The notes under the pieces: generated by a model
The model's database searches: none
What the model was told of the DNA's origin: nothing
The model's input: only the letters and a program-made list of their open reading frames with translations
Assembly (NCBI GenBank): GCA_963767925.1
Contig: CAVYGB010000006.1
Coordinates: forward strand, 352,001-416,000
Direction: 5' to 3'
DNA from: an uncultured delta proteobacterium
Lineage (GTDB): Bacteria > Myxococcota_A > Polyangia > Fen-1088
DNA length: 64,000 nt
Part shown: one piece after another, positions 43,801-53,895 of the stretch
Numbering within the stretch: the stretch's first letter is position 1
How the letters are laid out: each line of letters opens with the position of its first letter
Position numbers and translations under genes: made by a program

Positions 43801-44666
43801 AGCTCTGCGCGGTTGGCCCAAAGGATCGTCCCGTCGGGCCCGACCCGATGGAGCCCCAGCGTCGCGTTTTCGAGGAAGTCGCGGAGCTGTTCCTCGCTCC
43901 GCCGCAGCTTCTCCTCCTTCATGCGAAGCTCGCGCAGCGCCGTCCGCAGCCCATTCTCGAGCTCGGTCCGGCGCGCGATCTCGAGCTCGAGACGACGAGC
44001 GTGGTGCGACGGGGTCGCGGTCGGGTGGAGAGACGGAGTGCCGTCTTGTTCCCGCCTGCCACCGTTCCCCGCGACGACGTGCGAGTGTGTCGCGCAGACC
44101 CGCTGAACGTCGGCGGGGTGCCTCAGGAAGCTGGCCATTGCGTACGCGCACAACAGAGTGAACGGGTGGCGCGCCTGAAAATCGTTCCAGAGCTCCTCGA
44201 GGTGGATCGCGGCCGTCCGCTGGCCGTCGCGCCATAGCACATCGACCATCTCTCCGTAGGCTCGCAGGCGGCCCGGAGCACTCACCGTGCGGGCCTTTGC
44301 GGCGACGAGGCCGCCTACCGTGGCTTCGAACAGGTCACGCTTCGGCGCCCCGTCGCGTACGAAGGAGGAGAGCGTCTCGTGAGCATCGAGAAACGTGAGT
44401 CGTCCAGCGCCCATTTCCGCCGAGACGTCTACCCCGAGCTCGGAGAGGCGCTGCTCGAAGGCTTCACGATGCGCCGGTGTGGCAATGACAACGGCCGCGT
44501 CGTCGCCCTTCAAGCCCTCCGCGAGAAATTGCGAGACCTCGATCGAAAGCTGCGCGTCGTCTTCGTAGAACTGCACCAAGTGGCCAGAGGTCGGACCCCC
44601 GCCGAGCGGTCTTTTGTCCGCCAGTAGGGCGCCAGCACGCTCATCCAGGGCTCCGCCATCGCTCAT
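40842..44666 (-). CDS. Multi-sensor histidine kinase (MEDS-PAS-PAS-GAF x3-HisKA-HATPase)
   Basis: HLVQFY..RLRAYGEMVDVLW (MEDS), PAS ends RDITERR and ADVTEKK, LAHDLRNPL, GLGLGLFI. Confidence 0.9.
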   Translation of the reverse strand: MSDGGALDERAGALLADKRPLGGGPTSGHLVQFYEDDAQLSIEVSQFLAEGLKGDDAAVVIATPAHREAFEQRLSELGVDVSAEMGAGRLTFLDAHETLSSFVRDGAPKRDLFEATVGGLVAAKARTVSAPGRLRAYGEMVDVLWRDGQRTAAIHLEELWNDFQARHPFTLLCAYAMASFLRHPADVQRVCATHSHVVAGNGGRREQDGTPSLHPTATPSHHARRLELEIARRTELENGLRTALRELRMKEEKLRRSEEQLRDFLENATLGLHRVGPDGTILWANRAELELLGFDEHEYVGRPIADFHADADVIADILARLTRGEALHSYEARLRAKDGSVRHVLISSNVYVEEGRFIHTRCFTRDITERRRAEDALRESHRQLEVITDALPVLVAFVDAEERYQFANAAYERWLGDPKAKIVGRNLRAVLGSDAYQAIAPYTRRALAGDQVRFEAEVPHRDGGARWIEAAYIPERGNAGAVTGFVALVADVTEKKIFERFRAAAAARAERLLRITEAIAGAVSSEEVFAALVDRVADAVGASSAGLWLIDQAAGRARLVRSRGYSETARLRIESLPLDLSPSMPALDCIRSSQPVWITSQADLFDRYPHLASVATPGRSYRVACLPLVANASVLGTLAVTIEEAKEESAEERELLLLVARYATQAIERLRLLDAERRSRADADAAAGRLGVLSGASRVFGESELPLGSRLRKVTSELARTLDSCINIALIEQDALVRLTAVKHPNAEAQAALEQLAASAPLRKGEGITGSIAATGESVLLPVIDRESLESRAPGPYRAFLERYPAYALMGAALRVQGRIIGTAMATRCREGETYTQEDLRLLEELAERAAVAIENSRLYEESVAARKRAEELYRFAQAVVSAERLEDVFEAAIVAVEGSLGVGRSAVLTFDDEGVMRFRAWREVSDACRRAMEGHSPWSRDAENPQPVLVPDVDRDPALAAYQALFQREHIGALAFIPLVSGNRLLGKFTLYYLAPHAFAESELDMARAIANHLASVISRFSAVARLEETIRYNELFAGVLAHDLRNPLGAMMTAAQLVLMRREGERTLGDRETKPLSRIVASGQRMTTMIEQLLDFTRIRSGGGIPIEPHETNLLDLCGQAVGELELAHPEWRIQREASGDLRGSWDSDRLLQVFSNLLANACQHGVAGSPVLVKLDGTGGDWVDILVRNRGAIPAALLQYLFDPFRSTRHRRDQSRGLGLGLFIVREVVRGHGGSVDVASTEPDGTSFVVRLPRRAPRKAEREAQSSGGTA

Positions 44667-47600
44667 GACGAGCCCTCCGCTTCGCGCCCTGCCGAGCCAG
44701 CCCCTGTCGAGGTTCGTGGCAGCTCGACGACAAAGACGGTCCCTTCGGCTTCTGACGATCGCGCCTCGATACGCCCACCATGGGCGTGCACGATCTGCTG
44801 CACGATGTAGAGGCCGAGCCCCAGCCCCTTGGACTTTCGCGCCTTGCTCTCGGAAGCGGCACGACGAAACGGGTCGAAGAGCGCCGGCAAATCCGGGGCG
44901 GCGATCGCCCCCGAGCTCTTCACGGAAACGCGAACCATCCCCGAGGCGGTCCCATCGAGGTCGAGGCGAACCGGGTTCCCCGCGTCGCCATGTTCAATGG
45001 CGTTGCCGAGCAGGTTCGAGATCACCTGGGCCAGGCGATCTCCGTCCCACTCCCCACCGAGGCTGCCACGAGCGTCGAGGAGAACTTGCTGCGGGGCCGC
45101 TCCCTCGAGCTCCTCGACGAGCTCCGTGGCGAGACGGTGCAGGTCGACCTCCGCGGGCTTGATGGGAATGCCACCGCCGATGCGTGCACGCGTGAAGTCG
45201 AGGATCTGCTCGATCATCCGTTCCATCCTTCCCGCGCTCGTGCGAATCCGCTCGATCGGCCTAGCCACGCGCTCGTTAATCTCGCGGCGAAGCAACAGAT
45301 CAGCCGCGGCCGTGATCGCGCCGAGCGGATTGCGGAGGTCGTGGCCCAGGATGCCCACGAACGTCTCGCTGAACTGGACGGCCTGCTGGAGATCCTTGAG
45401 GAGACGCGCCCGGTGCTCGTCGGCCCGCGTACGCTCGATGCCGATCGCGATGGTCCGAGCGACGGACTCGAGTGCCTCGAAGGTGTCCGCCGGCAGCTTT
45501 CGGCGGGCGAACATGGCAAAGACGCCGACGAGCTTGTCCTCCACAATCAGCGGATAGCCCGCGAAGGCGACGAGTCCCTCTCTCCGCGCCCACTCGGGGT
45601 CGCTCCCGCGCGGGTCACTGGCCACGTCATTGGTCAAGTGCGCCTGGCGTTCCTGAGCCACGACACCAACCAGGAGTCGCCCGAGCGGCACGCGCCCGTG
45701 CGCGTCATGGCTATCATCGCAGGTCCCGGCGCTGGCTTGAAGCTCGAGCGTCGAGGTCCCGTCGTTCAAGGTCCAAACGCCTGCGAGCGCGACGTCGAGG
45801 TGCTGTGCCGCGAGCTCGCAGGATGTCTCGAGGATGGTCCTGAGCGATCCCCCGCGCGCGAACGCTGCGCCGACCTCGCTCGCGAACGTCGCCTGACGAG
45901 CTCGACGGGCCTGAAGCTCCTCCGCCTCGCGGCTTGCCTTGAGGAGCTGGGCGTTCTCGATGGCCACGGCAGCATTGGTCGCGATGGCGCGGACGAGCCG
46001 CTCGTGGGCCTCCGTGAATTGGGCTGGCTGGGAGTGGCCGAAGAACAAGCCTCCGAGCACCTTGCCCGAGCGCGCGACAACCGGGACCGCAAGATAGCTC
46101 GTCACGGGCAGGTGCCCTTTTGGCATGCCAAGGTGAGGGGTCAGCTTACCGTAGCGAGGGTCCCTGGTGACGTCGTCGAGCCGGACGATGCCTTCCCCGC
46201 GGAAGGTCGGGCCAAAAAGTGGAGTGTTCCTCGGAAGCCCGAACCTGGCGAAGGCCTCCTTGGGCGCTCCTGACAACGTGTACAGCACGTATGACTCGCC
46301 CACGGGATTGGTGGTGTTGTAAAAGAGCGCGCCAAAATTTGCACCGATGAGCGCTGTCGCCTCATCGGTGACGCGCTGGACGAGAAGGTCGAGGTCACTT
46401 TGACTCGTGCCGAGCGATTCGGCGATGCGAAGCAGGGTCTCCGCCTCCAGGCGCGAGCACTGCTCCGCGCGATAGAGACGCACCCGCTCCGCGGCGACGA
46501 CGCATTGGGCAGCGAGGCTCGTCAGCCAGTGCCGCTCCTCGTCGTCGAACCGACGCGGCTGCTCGAAGCTCATCGCGATCCCGCCCAGCACACGCTCGCC
46601 GTGAACGAGCGGAATGGCGGCGATCGCCTGGTGCTTCACACCAGGTGCCTGCGCGGAGCAGAGGCCGGGATACGACGAAAGCAACTGCGCGTGCGTCTCG
46701 ATCCAGATCGGCTCGCGAGCGGCCATCGCCCTGGAAAGAAGGAGCGGCGGATCGAGCGGCAAGACGTGGAGCTGTCCGCGCGCGTGCTCGGGGACGCCAC
46801 GAGCCCCTGTCAGCTTTACCTCGCCGGTGAGCGGGTCCGAGAAATGGACGACGGTGCTCGCGGAGCCGACGATGGTCTCGCTGACGCCGATGAACACCTC
46901 GGCTACTTCGTCCAGGCTGAGCGTGGAGGCGAGCTTTTCAGTGGCCTCCTGCAACCGGACGACGCGGGCGGCTATCTGCTTCGCGCGCTCCTCGCTCTCT
47001 CGCAACGCTCGCTCGGCGAACTTCCGTTGGGTCGTGTCGATGGCCGCCAGCGCGACGCCGCGAGGGCGACCCTGGTCGTCCTCCACCCGCGCGTAGCTCT
47101 TCTGGACCCAGACGATGGAGCCATCCGGCCTCAGGTAGCGCTTTTCGATGAAGAACCGTGAACCTCGCTCGACGACGCGCTGGAGACCGTTCAGCGTGGC
47201 CTCGAGATCGTCGGGATGGGTGATGTCCTGAACCCGGGACTGGAGAAGCTCCTGGGTCGAGCGTCCGACGAGGTCACGGAAGCGGTCGTTGACGAACGTG
47301 AACCGGCCAGTGAGGTCAACCTCGGCGATGCCCGCTTCGACTTGCTCGACGAGGGCCCGGAATCGAGCCTCGTTCTCATGAAGCTGGCGCCTCGCGAGGA
47401 CCTGCTCGGTTACATCGTGTCCCACGACGACGACGCGCGGCTGTCCATCGAGGCCCTGAAGCGGCGCGTAGACGAAGTTCCAATACGTGTCTTCGATGTG
47501 ACCCTTGCCGGTCCTATCCAGACGGACGTGGCGCTCGGTACCGACGTGCGCCTGGCCGGTTCGCATGACACCGCCCAAGAGCTCGTCGAGCCCTTGCCCC

Positions 47601-50476
47601 ACGAGCTCAGGGAGCGCCTCGAGCAATGACTTCCCGACGATGTCCCTTCCGCCGACGACTCGACGGTACAGGTCATTGGCCATCTCGCAGACCAGCTCGG
47701 CACCGCGGATCACGCAGATGATCGCCGGAGCCTGCATGAGCACCGAGAACAGCTGCTGCTGCCTGGACTGCACCTCCTTGCGCAATCGAACCAGCTCGAG
47801 CTGCGCGCGCACTCGCGCCACGAGCTCGCGAGCCGAAAATGGCTTCGTCAGGTAGTCATCGGCTCCGGCGGACAATCCTTCGATCAGCGCCTCTTCGCCA
47901 GCCCGCGCCGACAGCATGACGACGGGAATGGTCCTGGTGCGCTCATCCGCCCGCAGGGCGCGAAGCAAGCCAAAGCCATCCAGGCGGGGCATCATCACGT
48001 CGGTAAGGACCAGATCCGGTGTATGTGCGAGGGCCGCCTCGAGCCCCCTTTGGCCATCCTCCGCGGTCTCTACGGTCCATTGCGGCTCGAGGAGCCGGCG
48101 GACATAGTCGCGCATGTCAGCGTTGTCGTCAGCGAGGAGAACGCGCGCGGCCTTCGGGGCGGGGGCAGCGGTCGGCGCAAACGACGCGGCCGTTGATTCG
48201 GCGGCCGTTGGGACGTTCGCGGCCACGACGTCCGGAAGCCAACGCAGCGCCTCTCCGACGAAGGGAGCCGCGCCGAGGCGCGAGGCGGTTACCTCTTGGC
48301 GCATTCCGATCCGCTCCGCGGGAAGGTGGGCGGAGCCGCGGGGGATCGTGACGGCAAACGTCGTCCCGGCTCCGAGTCGGCTCTCCACGTCTACGGAGCC
48401 ACCATGTAGCTTCGCAAGCTCCTGAACCAGCGCGAGGCCGATTCCGGATCCCTCGTGAGTCCTGGCCCTGGTCCCCTCGATCCGGTGGAAGCGCTCGAAC
48501 ACCCGGGGCAAGTCCTCCGCGGCGATCCCCACACCGGTGTCGCTCACGCGCAACACGGCGTGCGCACCCTCGTGCCGAAGCGAAACTTCGATTCGGCCCT
48601 CGAAGGTAAACTTGAAGGCGTTCGAGAGCAGGTTGAGGAGGATCTTCTCCCACATGTCACGGTCGACGAAGACCGGCTCGCCGAAGGACTCACAGTGGAC
48701 GCGCAGCTCGAGGCCCGCGCGATCGATTGCCGAGCGAAACGTGCTTGCCAGATTCCGCGTTAGTTCCGCGAGGTCTACCGGTTCGTAGCTGGCCTGGATT
48801 CGGCCAGCCTCGATCCGCGAGAAATCAAGGAGCGCGTTGACCAGCTTCTGAAGGCGAAGCTCATTACGGTGAACGAGGGCCAGTTGCTCGCGAATGCTCT
48901 CACCGAGGTCACCATGCGCCCCAGCAAGCAGGTCCTCCGTCGGACCGACCATGAGCGTGAGCGGGGTACGAAACTCGTGGCTGATGTTGCTGAAGAATGC
49001 CGTCTTGGCGCGATCGAGCTGCGCCAGTGCTTCGGCACGTCGTCTCTCCTGCTCGTAGGCTTGAGCGTTGGCGATTCCTGCGGTCAGTTGGCCGACGAAC
49101 AGCGACGCGAAGCTCCGGACCCCTTCATCTACCGGACGGTGAGGGTTGAGCCCGGCGATGAAAAAGCCTGCGGGGCCGGCCTGCCCTTGCTGTGCGATCG
49201 GAACGACGATCGCGTGTCTGGGTGGCCGCTGCCATGGGCCACGCGGCCATGGGTGGGCGCTGGACAGCTCGAAGACATACGCCTCTCCCGAGGCGACCGC
49301 GGCGATGAATGGCCATGGGCTCTCGGGATGAGCGACTTCGATAAAGTCGGGCGCGCCCGGATGTCCCTCGTCGATGGTGGTTCGCGACACCAGCCTCGCT
49401 CGTGCGCCGCCCTCCTCAAGCATGTAGGTCAGGGAGAACGGAAAGTCGTGGGTAGCCTGGGTAAGGGTTCCTTCGAGTGCGCTCGTCACCTCTTCGATCG
49501 ACTGGGAGGAGGCCAGGCTGCTGGCGAGGTCGCGTAGCCGCTTGATGCGTCGTTCGCCGATCACTCTATCGGTCTCTTCGATGACAACACAGAACAGCCC
49601 GGCGATCTCCCCTCCGTCACCAGGGGCCGGGCTATACGAGAACGTGTGGTACGTCTCCTCGGGATAGCCACTGCGCTCGAGAAAGAGCAGCAGACCTGAA
49701 TCCCAGGTGGCCTTCCCGGTGGCCATGACGTGCTCGATTCGGGGACCGATATCGTTCCAGATTTCGGCCCAGACTTCGCGTGTCGGGCGCCCCAGCGCCC
49801 ACGGATGCTTTTTGCCGAGGGTCTGCTGCGCGTATGCGTCGTTGTAGAAGAACTGCAGCTCGGGCCCCCACCCGAGCCACATCGCATAGCGTGACGTGAG
49901 CATCACGCGAAGCATCGTCAGGAGGCTCTGGGGCCACGTGTCGACCGACCCGAGTGACGTCTCGGTCCAATCGCGCGCGCGGATGAGCCGCGTCAGCTCG
50001 CTGTTCCCGGGTAGCAGCGACTCGAGCATCGGACGTCGAGTTGGAGGCCGAATGGGACCGAGGCCCGCATTGGCGGGTACAGGCGGTTCCGAGCGGACGT
50101 TTTCCTGGACCGCCTTTCCGTTTCCAGCTCTGCGCCTCACAACCTCGAGCAGCCGATCCAGCTTGAGCGGCTTGTACACGACCTCGTCTGCAGAGATGTT
50201 TCGGAGGTCGCGCGACGCCGTCATGACGATGACGGGAATGCCGGAGAGCGCCGGGTCCTTGAGCTGCTCGTCGCGAAACTGCCAGCCATTCAAGCCCGGC
50301 ATCATCAGATCGAGCAGGATGAGCGCCGGCTTGTCGGCGGCGGCTCGAAGACGCTCGAGCGCGACGCGGCCGTTCTCGAAGCAGATCGCCGTGTACCCGA
50401 CATCCTCGAGGAGCTCACAGACGCTCTCGCGAAGGGCTTCGTCGTCCTCGACGATCATGACCGTCGCGGCCCTCAT
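44663..50476 (-). CDS. Very large hybrid kinase with two transmitter modules (REC-PAS-GAF-HK-REC-PAS-PAS-GAF x3-HK)
   Basis: Start taken as ATG 50476 (MRAATVMIVEDD), overlapping the upstream stop by 4 nt. H-boxes ISHEFRTPL and LGHDLRNPL; receivers LLDLMMP and LTDVMMP. Confidence 0.88.
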   Translation of the reverse strand: MRAATVMIVEDDEALRESVCELLEDVGYTAICFENGRVALERLRAAADKPALILLDLMMPGLNGWQFRDEQLKDPALSGIPVIVMTASRDLRNISADEVVYKPLKLDRLLEVVRRRAGNGKAVQENVRSEPPVPANAGLGPIRPPTRRPMLESLLPGNSELTRLIRARDWTETSLGSVDTWPQSLLTMLRVMLTSRYAMWLGWGPELQFFYNDAYAQQTLGKKHPWALGRPTREVWAEIWNDIGPRIEHVMATGKATWDSGLLLFLERSGYPEETYHTFSYSPAPGDGGEIAGLFCVVIEETDRVIGERRIKRLRDLASSLASSQSIEEVTSALEGTLTQATHDFPFSLTYMLEEGGARARLVSRTTIDEGHPGAPDFIEVAHPESPWPFIAAVASGEAYVFELSSAHPWPRGPWQRPPRHAIVVPIAQQGQAGPAGFFIAGLNPHRPVDEGVRSFASLFVGQLTAGIANAQAYEQERRRAEALAQLDRAKTAFFSNISHEFRTPLTLMVGPTEDLLAGAHGDLGESIREQLALVHRNELRLQKLVNALLDFSRIEAGRIQASYEPVDLAELTRNLASTFRSAIDRAGLELRVHCESFGEPVFVDRDMWEKILLNLLSNAFKFTFEGRIEVSLRHEGAHAVLRVSDTGVGIAAEDLPRVFERFHRIEGTRARTHEGSGIGLALVQELAKLHGGSVDVESRLGAGTTFAVTIPRGSAHLPAERIGMRQEVTASRLGAAPFVGEALRWLPDVVAANVPTAAESTAASFAPTAAPAPKAARVLLADDNADMRDYVRRLLEPQWTVETAEDGQRGLEAALAHTPDLVLTDVMMPRLDGFGLLRALRADERTRTIPVVMLSARAGEEALIEGLSAGADDYLTKPFSARELVARVRAQLELVRLRKEVQSRQQQLFSVLMQAPAIICVIRGAELVCEMANDLYRRVVGGRDIVGKSLLEALPELVGQGLDELLGGVMRTGQAHVGTERHVRLDRTGKGHIEDTYWNFVYAPLQGLDGQPRVVVVGHDVTEQVLARRQLHENEARFRALVEQVEAGIAEVDLTGRFTFVNDRFRDLVGRSTQELLQSRVQDITHPDDLEATLNGLQRVVERGSRFFIEKRYLRPDGSIVWVQKSYARVEDDQGRPRGVALAAIDTTQRKFAERALRESEERAKQIAARVVRLQEATEKLASTLSLDEVAEVFIGVSETIVGSASTVVHFSDPLTGEVKLTGARGVPEHARGQLHVLPLDPPLLLSRAMAAREPIWIETHAQLLSSYPGLCSAQAPGVKHQAIAAIPLVHGERVLGGIAMSFEQPRRFDDEERHWLTSLAAQCVVAAERVRLYRAEQCSRLEAETLLRIAESLGTSQSDLDLLVQRVTDEATALIGANFGALFYNTTNPVGESYVLYTLSGAPKEAFARFGLPRNTPLFGPTFRGEGIVRLDDVTRDPRYGKLTPHLGMPKGHLPVTSYLAVPVVARSGKVLGGLFFGHSQPAQFTEAHERLVRAIATNAAVAIENAQLLKASREAEELQARRARQATFASEVGAAFARGGSLRTILETSCELAAQHLDVALAGVWTLNDGTSTLELQASAGTCDDSHDAHGRVPLGRLLVGVVAQERQAHLTNDVASDPRGSDPEWARREGLVAFAGYPLIVEDKLVGVFAMFARRKLPADTFEALESVARTIAIGIERTRADEHRARLLKDLQQAVQFSETFVGILGHDLRNPLGAITAAADLLLRREINERVARPIERIRTSAGRMERMIEQILDFTRARIGGGIPIKPAEVDLHRLATELVEELEGAAPQQVLLDARGSLGGEWDGDRLAQVISNLLGNAIEHGDAGNPVRLDLDGTASGMVRVSVKSSGAIAAPDLPALFDPFRRAASESKARKSKGLGLGLYIVQQIVHAHGGRIEARSSEAEGTVFVVELPRTSTGAGSAGREAEGSS

Positions 50477-53400
50477 GCGTTCCTCGGAAGGCTGACGACG
50501 AACGTTGCGCCGTCTCCCGGGCTGCTGTCGACGCGGACCGTACCTCCCATCACCTTTGCCAGCTGGCCGGCGATCCAGAGACCCACGCCGAGGCCCCCGA
50601 AGTGCTCGCTGGGGACAGCACGCTCGAAGCGTCCAAAGATCCGTTCGTGGTCCTCCTCGGCGACACCCATGCCGTGATCGCGAACCGAGATGCGCGCGCC
50701 GCCCTCCACCATGCCCACGGCGATCTCGATAGGCTTGTCGCCACCGAACTTGAGGGCATTCGAGACAAGCTGCGTCGTGAGCTGATCGAGGCGCTTCGGG
50801 TCCCAGCGTCCCGGAGCCGGCTCGGCGCGGAGCTGGAGCAGGCGGTGCGCTTGCTTCGACTCGCCACGGAAGCGCTCGACGACCGCGGCGACCACGCGCG
50901 CCAGATCGCAGTCCTCCAGCTGGAGCCGAAATCCGGCGCCCTCCAGGCCCGCCACGTCGAGCATCCCCTCGATGAGCTGCTCCAGACGAGCCGCCTGCGA
51001 GCAAAGCCTCTCTGCTTTACGTGCCCACCGTTCAACGGGTGGATCATCGGGCGGCGCCTCCTGAATAGACCGCAGGAGCGCCTCGACTTGGAGTCCCAGC
51101 GTCGTCAGCGGAGTCCGCAGCTCGTGTGATGCAACGGTGAGAAACTCTTCCCGCAGGGCGACCGCCCGGCGAAGGGCAGCTTCGGAGCGCGTGACCTGCT
51201 CGTTGATCTCCTGCGCACGCTGGCGGGCGAGGACTTGGTCGGTGATGTCGACCGAGAGCCCGATGATCCCTCGTTTGGTGCCGTCCGAAGCGAACCAGGG
51301 ACGAGCCGCCGCGCTGTAATAGCGCGTCGTACCGTCGGGAGCTTGCCAGGGGAAATCAGGCAGGAGGGCCGTACCTTCGCTGGAGAAGATCTCGTCTTGA
51401 CGGCGGCGAAGCGACTCGAGCTGGGCGGGCGAGCTCGTGGCGAAGGCTTCATCCAACGTCAGCCCGGTGACGTCTCGCCCGGTCATCCGTACATGGACCT
51501 CGTTGACGAGCTCGTAGCGGCGCTCGGGCATGCGGATCAGCGAGATCGCGAAGGGAGCCTGTCGCAGGATCGTCATGCACTCTTGCCACTGGCGGTCGAG
51601 GGCTGCCTGAGCGCGGGCCAGCTTGAGGTGGGTTCGCACCCGCGCGACGAGCTCCCGAGCGGAGAACGGTTTCACCAGATAGTCGTCCGCCCCCACCTCG
51701 ATGCCAATCGCGCGCGACTCTTCACCTGCGCGTGCCGAGAGCATCACGACCGGAATCGCCTTCAAGCTCGGTTCGGCACGAAGCTCGCGGAGCAGGCCGA
51801 ATCCGTCGAGCACGGACATCATGACATCGGTCACGATGATGTCCGGGCGTTGGCGACGGGCCGAATCAAGCGCGGCCTGGCCGTCGGCGACGGCCTCGAC
51901 GCGCCAGTGTTCGCCAAGAATGCGACGGAGATATTCGCGCATGTCGGCGTTGTCGTCGGCGATGAGGATCCGCGCCTCGTCGCCGACGGTCGCGAAAGCA
52001 TGGCCCTCCGGCACTTGCTCCGCCGCAGCCCCTTCACTGGAGACCGACTTCACCTGCTCGTCGTCCGGTAGCCACCTGAGCGCCTCCTCGACGAACGTCG
52101 CCGCCCTTCCAGGCATCATCTCTCGCGAGGGACGCGAACCGACCCGGTCTCGAGGCAGGTGCGCGTGGCCTTTCGGTATGGTGACGACAAAGGTCGTGCC
52201 CTCTCCGAAGGTGCTTCGCGCTGAAATCGTGCCGCCATGGAGGCGCACGAGATCGTGAACCAGAGCCAGCCCAATCCCGGAGCCCTCGTGCGTCCGCGCG
52301 CGCGTGCCTTCGATGCGATGAAAGCGCTCGAAGAGCCGCGGCACATCCTCAGCACGGACGCCCACGCCGGAGTCACTGACCTCGAGCCGAACGTCCTCCG
52401 CCATGCAGCGCAGGGCGACGGCGATGCTCCCTTCGAACGTGAATTTGAACGCGTTCGACAGGAGGTTGAGGACGACCTGCTCCCACATGTCCAGGTCGAC
52501 GTAGGTCGGATCGCCGACCGACGGGCAGTCGACCCTGAACTCGAGGCCCGCGCGCTCGATCGCGGACTGGAATGCGCTCGCGATCTGTCGCGTCAGCTCG
52601 CCGAGGTCGACAGGCTCGAACCACGCCTGAATTCGTCCGGCCTCGATCCGCGAGAACTCGAGGAGAGCGTTGACCAGACGTTGAAGACGAAGCTCGTTTC
52701 GTCGCAAGAGCTCGAGCTGCGCGCGTTGCGCCTGTGAGAGCTCGCCGTGCGCCCCGGCGAGCAGGTCCTCGGTGGGTCCAAGCATCAACGTGAGGGGAGT
52801 GCGAAACTCGTGGCTCACGTTCGAGAAGAACGCCGTCTTGGCGCGGTCGAGCTCGGCGAGGGCCTGGGCGCGCCTCCTGATCTCCTCGTGCGTGATCGCG
52901 TTGGCGATCGCGTTGGCGACCTGGCCCGCGACGAGGCGAAAAAACTCCACGTGCCGCTCGTCGAGCCCACGGCGGGGATTCACCCCGCACACGAGCACTC
53001 CGATCGGTTGGGTCTCGGCCGGCCGCGGAATCGGCAGCAATACCGCCTTCGTCGGTCTATCGGACCATATTCCGCCGGGCAGGGGCCCGAGTGCCTCGTT
53101 GGCCTCGACCACGATGGGCTCGCGGGTCCGCAGGACGTGCGCGATGGGCCACGGCTCGGCCCGCCCTTCTTCCGCGGGCATGCTCGTTGGAGCTGAGCGG
53201 TCACCAGGCGCGAGTCCCGTGGCGGCGGCAAGGCGCGCGCCTCGATCCGAAGCATCGACCATGTAAAGAAGCGAGAAGGGCACGTCCGCCACGTGCTTTG
53301 CCAGGATGGCTCCCGCCCGGTCGGTGGCCTCCGCGATCGTCCGCACGCTTCCCGCGGCGTCACCGAGCTCTCTCACCAGTCGAAGTCGGCGCTCGGCAAG

Positions 53401-53895
53401 AAATCGATTCGTCGTCTCCGTGACCGTCACGAAGATGCCAGCCGGACGATTTGATTCTCCGCGAATCGCGCTATACGAGACCGTGAAGTATGCCTCCTCG
53501 AGATATCCGTGACGGAGCATCGGCAGCATGAGGTCGTCGGACCAGGTCGCCTCGCCCGTGGTGATGACTCCCTCGAACATCGGACGCACGATGTGCGCGA
53601 GCTCCTCCCAGACCTCGAACGTCGGCCGCCCCATCGCCCACGGGTGCTTGTCCCCCAGGATGGGCCGGTACGCGTCGTTGTAGAGGATGACGAATTCGGC
53701 GCCCCAGCAGACGGCCATCGGAAACCGCGAAAGGAGGCAGATGCTCAGCGCCGTTCGAAGACTCGTCGGCCAGGTCTCGACTGGGCCGAGCGGCGTGGTG
53801 GACCAGTCGATCGACCGCATGAGGTTCGCCATCTCCCCGCTGCCCGCGAAGAGATCGCCCGCCTCCGACACTTGGCCCTGCCGCTCGCACGTCAC
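50473..53895 (-). CDS. Hybrid kinase with two transmitter modules (PAS-GAF-HK-REC-PAS-HK)
   Basis: DWSTTPLGPVETWP, VSHEFRTPL, receiver IADD..TDVMM..VKP, second H-box ASHELRTPL. Start approximate. Confidence 0.9.
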   Translation of the reverse strand: MTCERQGQVSEAGDLFAGSGEMANLMRSIDWSTTPLGPVETWPTSLRTALSICLLSRFPMAVCWGAEFVILYNDAYRPILGDKHPWAMGRPTFEVWEELAHIVRPMFEGVITTGEATWSDDLMLPMLRHGYLEEAYFTVSYSAIRGESNRPAGIFVTVTETTNRFLAERRLRLVRELGDAAGSVRTIAEATDRAGAILAKHVADVPFSLLYMVDASDRGARLAAATGLAPGDRSAPTSMPAEEGRAEPWPIAHVLRTREPIVVEANEALGPLPGGIWSDRPTKAVLLPIPRPAETQPIGVLVCGVNPRRGLDERHVEFFRLVAGQVANAIANAITHEEIRRRAQALAELDRAKTAFFSNVSHEFRTPLTLMLGPTEDLLAGAHGELSQAQRAQLELLRRNELRLQRLVNALLEFSRIEAGRIQAWFEPVDLGELTRQIASAFQSAIERAGLEFRVDCPSVGDPTYVDLDMWEQVVLNLLSNAFKFTFEGSIAVALRCMAEDVRLEVSDSGVGVRAEDVPRLFERFHRIEGTRARTHEGSGIGLALVHDLVRLHGGTISARSTFGEGTTFVVTIPKGHAHLPRDRVGSRPSREMMPGRAATFVEEALRWLPDDEQVKSVSSEGAAAEQVPEGHAFATVGDEARILIADDNADMREYLRRILGEHWRVEAVADGQAALDSARRQRPDIIVTDVMMSVLDGFGLLRELRAEPSLKAIPVVMLSARAGEESRAIGIEVGADDYLVKPFSARELVARVRTHLKLARAQAALDRQWQECMTILRQAPFAISLIRMPERRYELVNEVHVRMTGRDVTGLTLDEAFATSSPAQLESLRRRQDEIFSSEGTALLPDFPWQAPDGTTRYYSAAARPWFASDGTKRGIIGLSVDITDQVLARQRAQEINEQVTRSEAALRRAVALREEFLTVASHELRTPLTTLGLQVEALLRSIQEAPPDDPPVERWARKAERLCSQAARLEQLIEGMLDVAGLEGAGFRLQLEDCDLARVVAAVVERFRGESKQAHRLLQLRAEPAPGRWDPKRLDQLTTQLVSNALKFGGDKPIEIAVGMVEGGARISVRDHGMGVAEEDHERIFGRFERAVPSEHFGGLGVGLWIAGQLAKVMGGTVRVDSSPGDGATFVVSLPRNA

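Noticed and set aside
50477..51004. N-terminal extension of the 2113-aa kinase ORF
   Set aside because: It overlaps the HATPase of the upstream kinase; ATG 50476 gives a clean receiver start.
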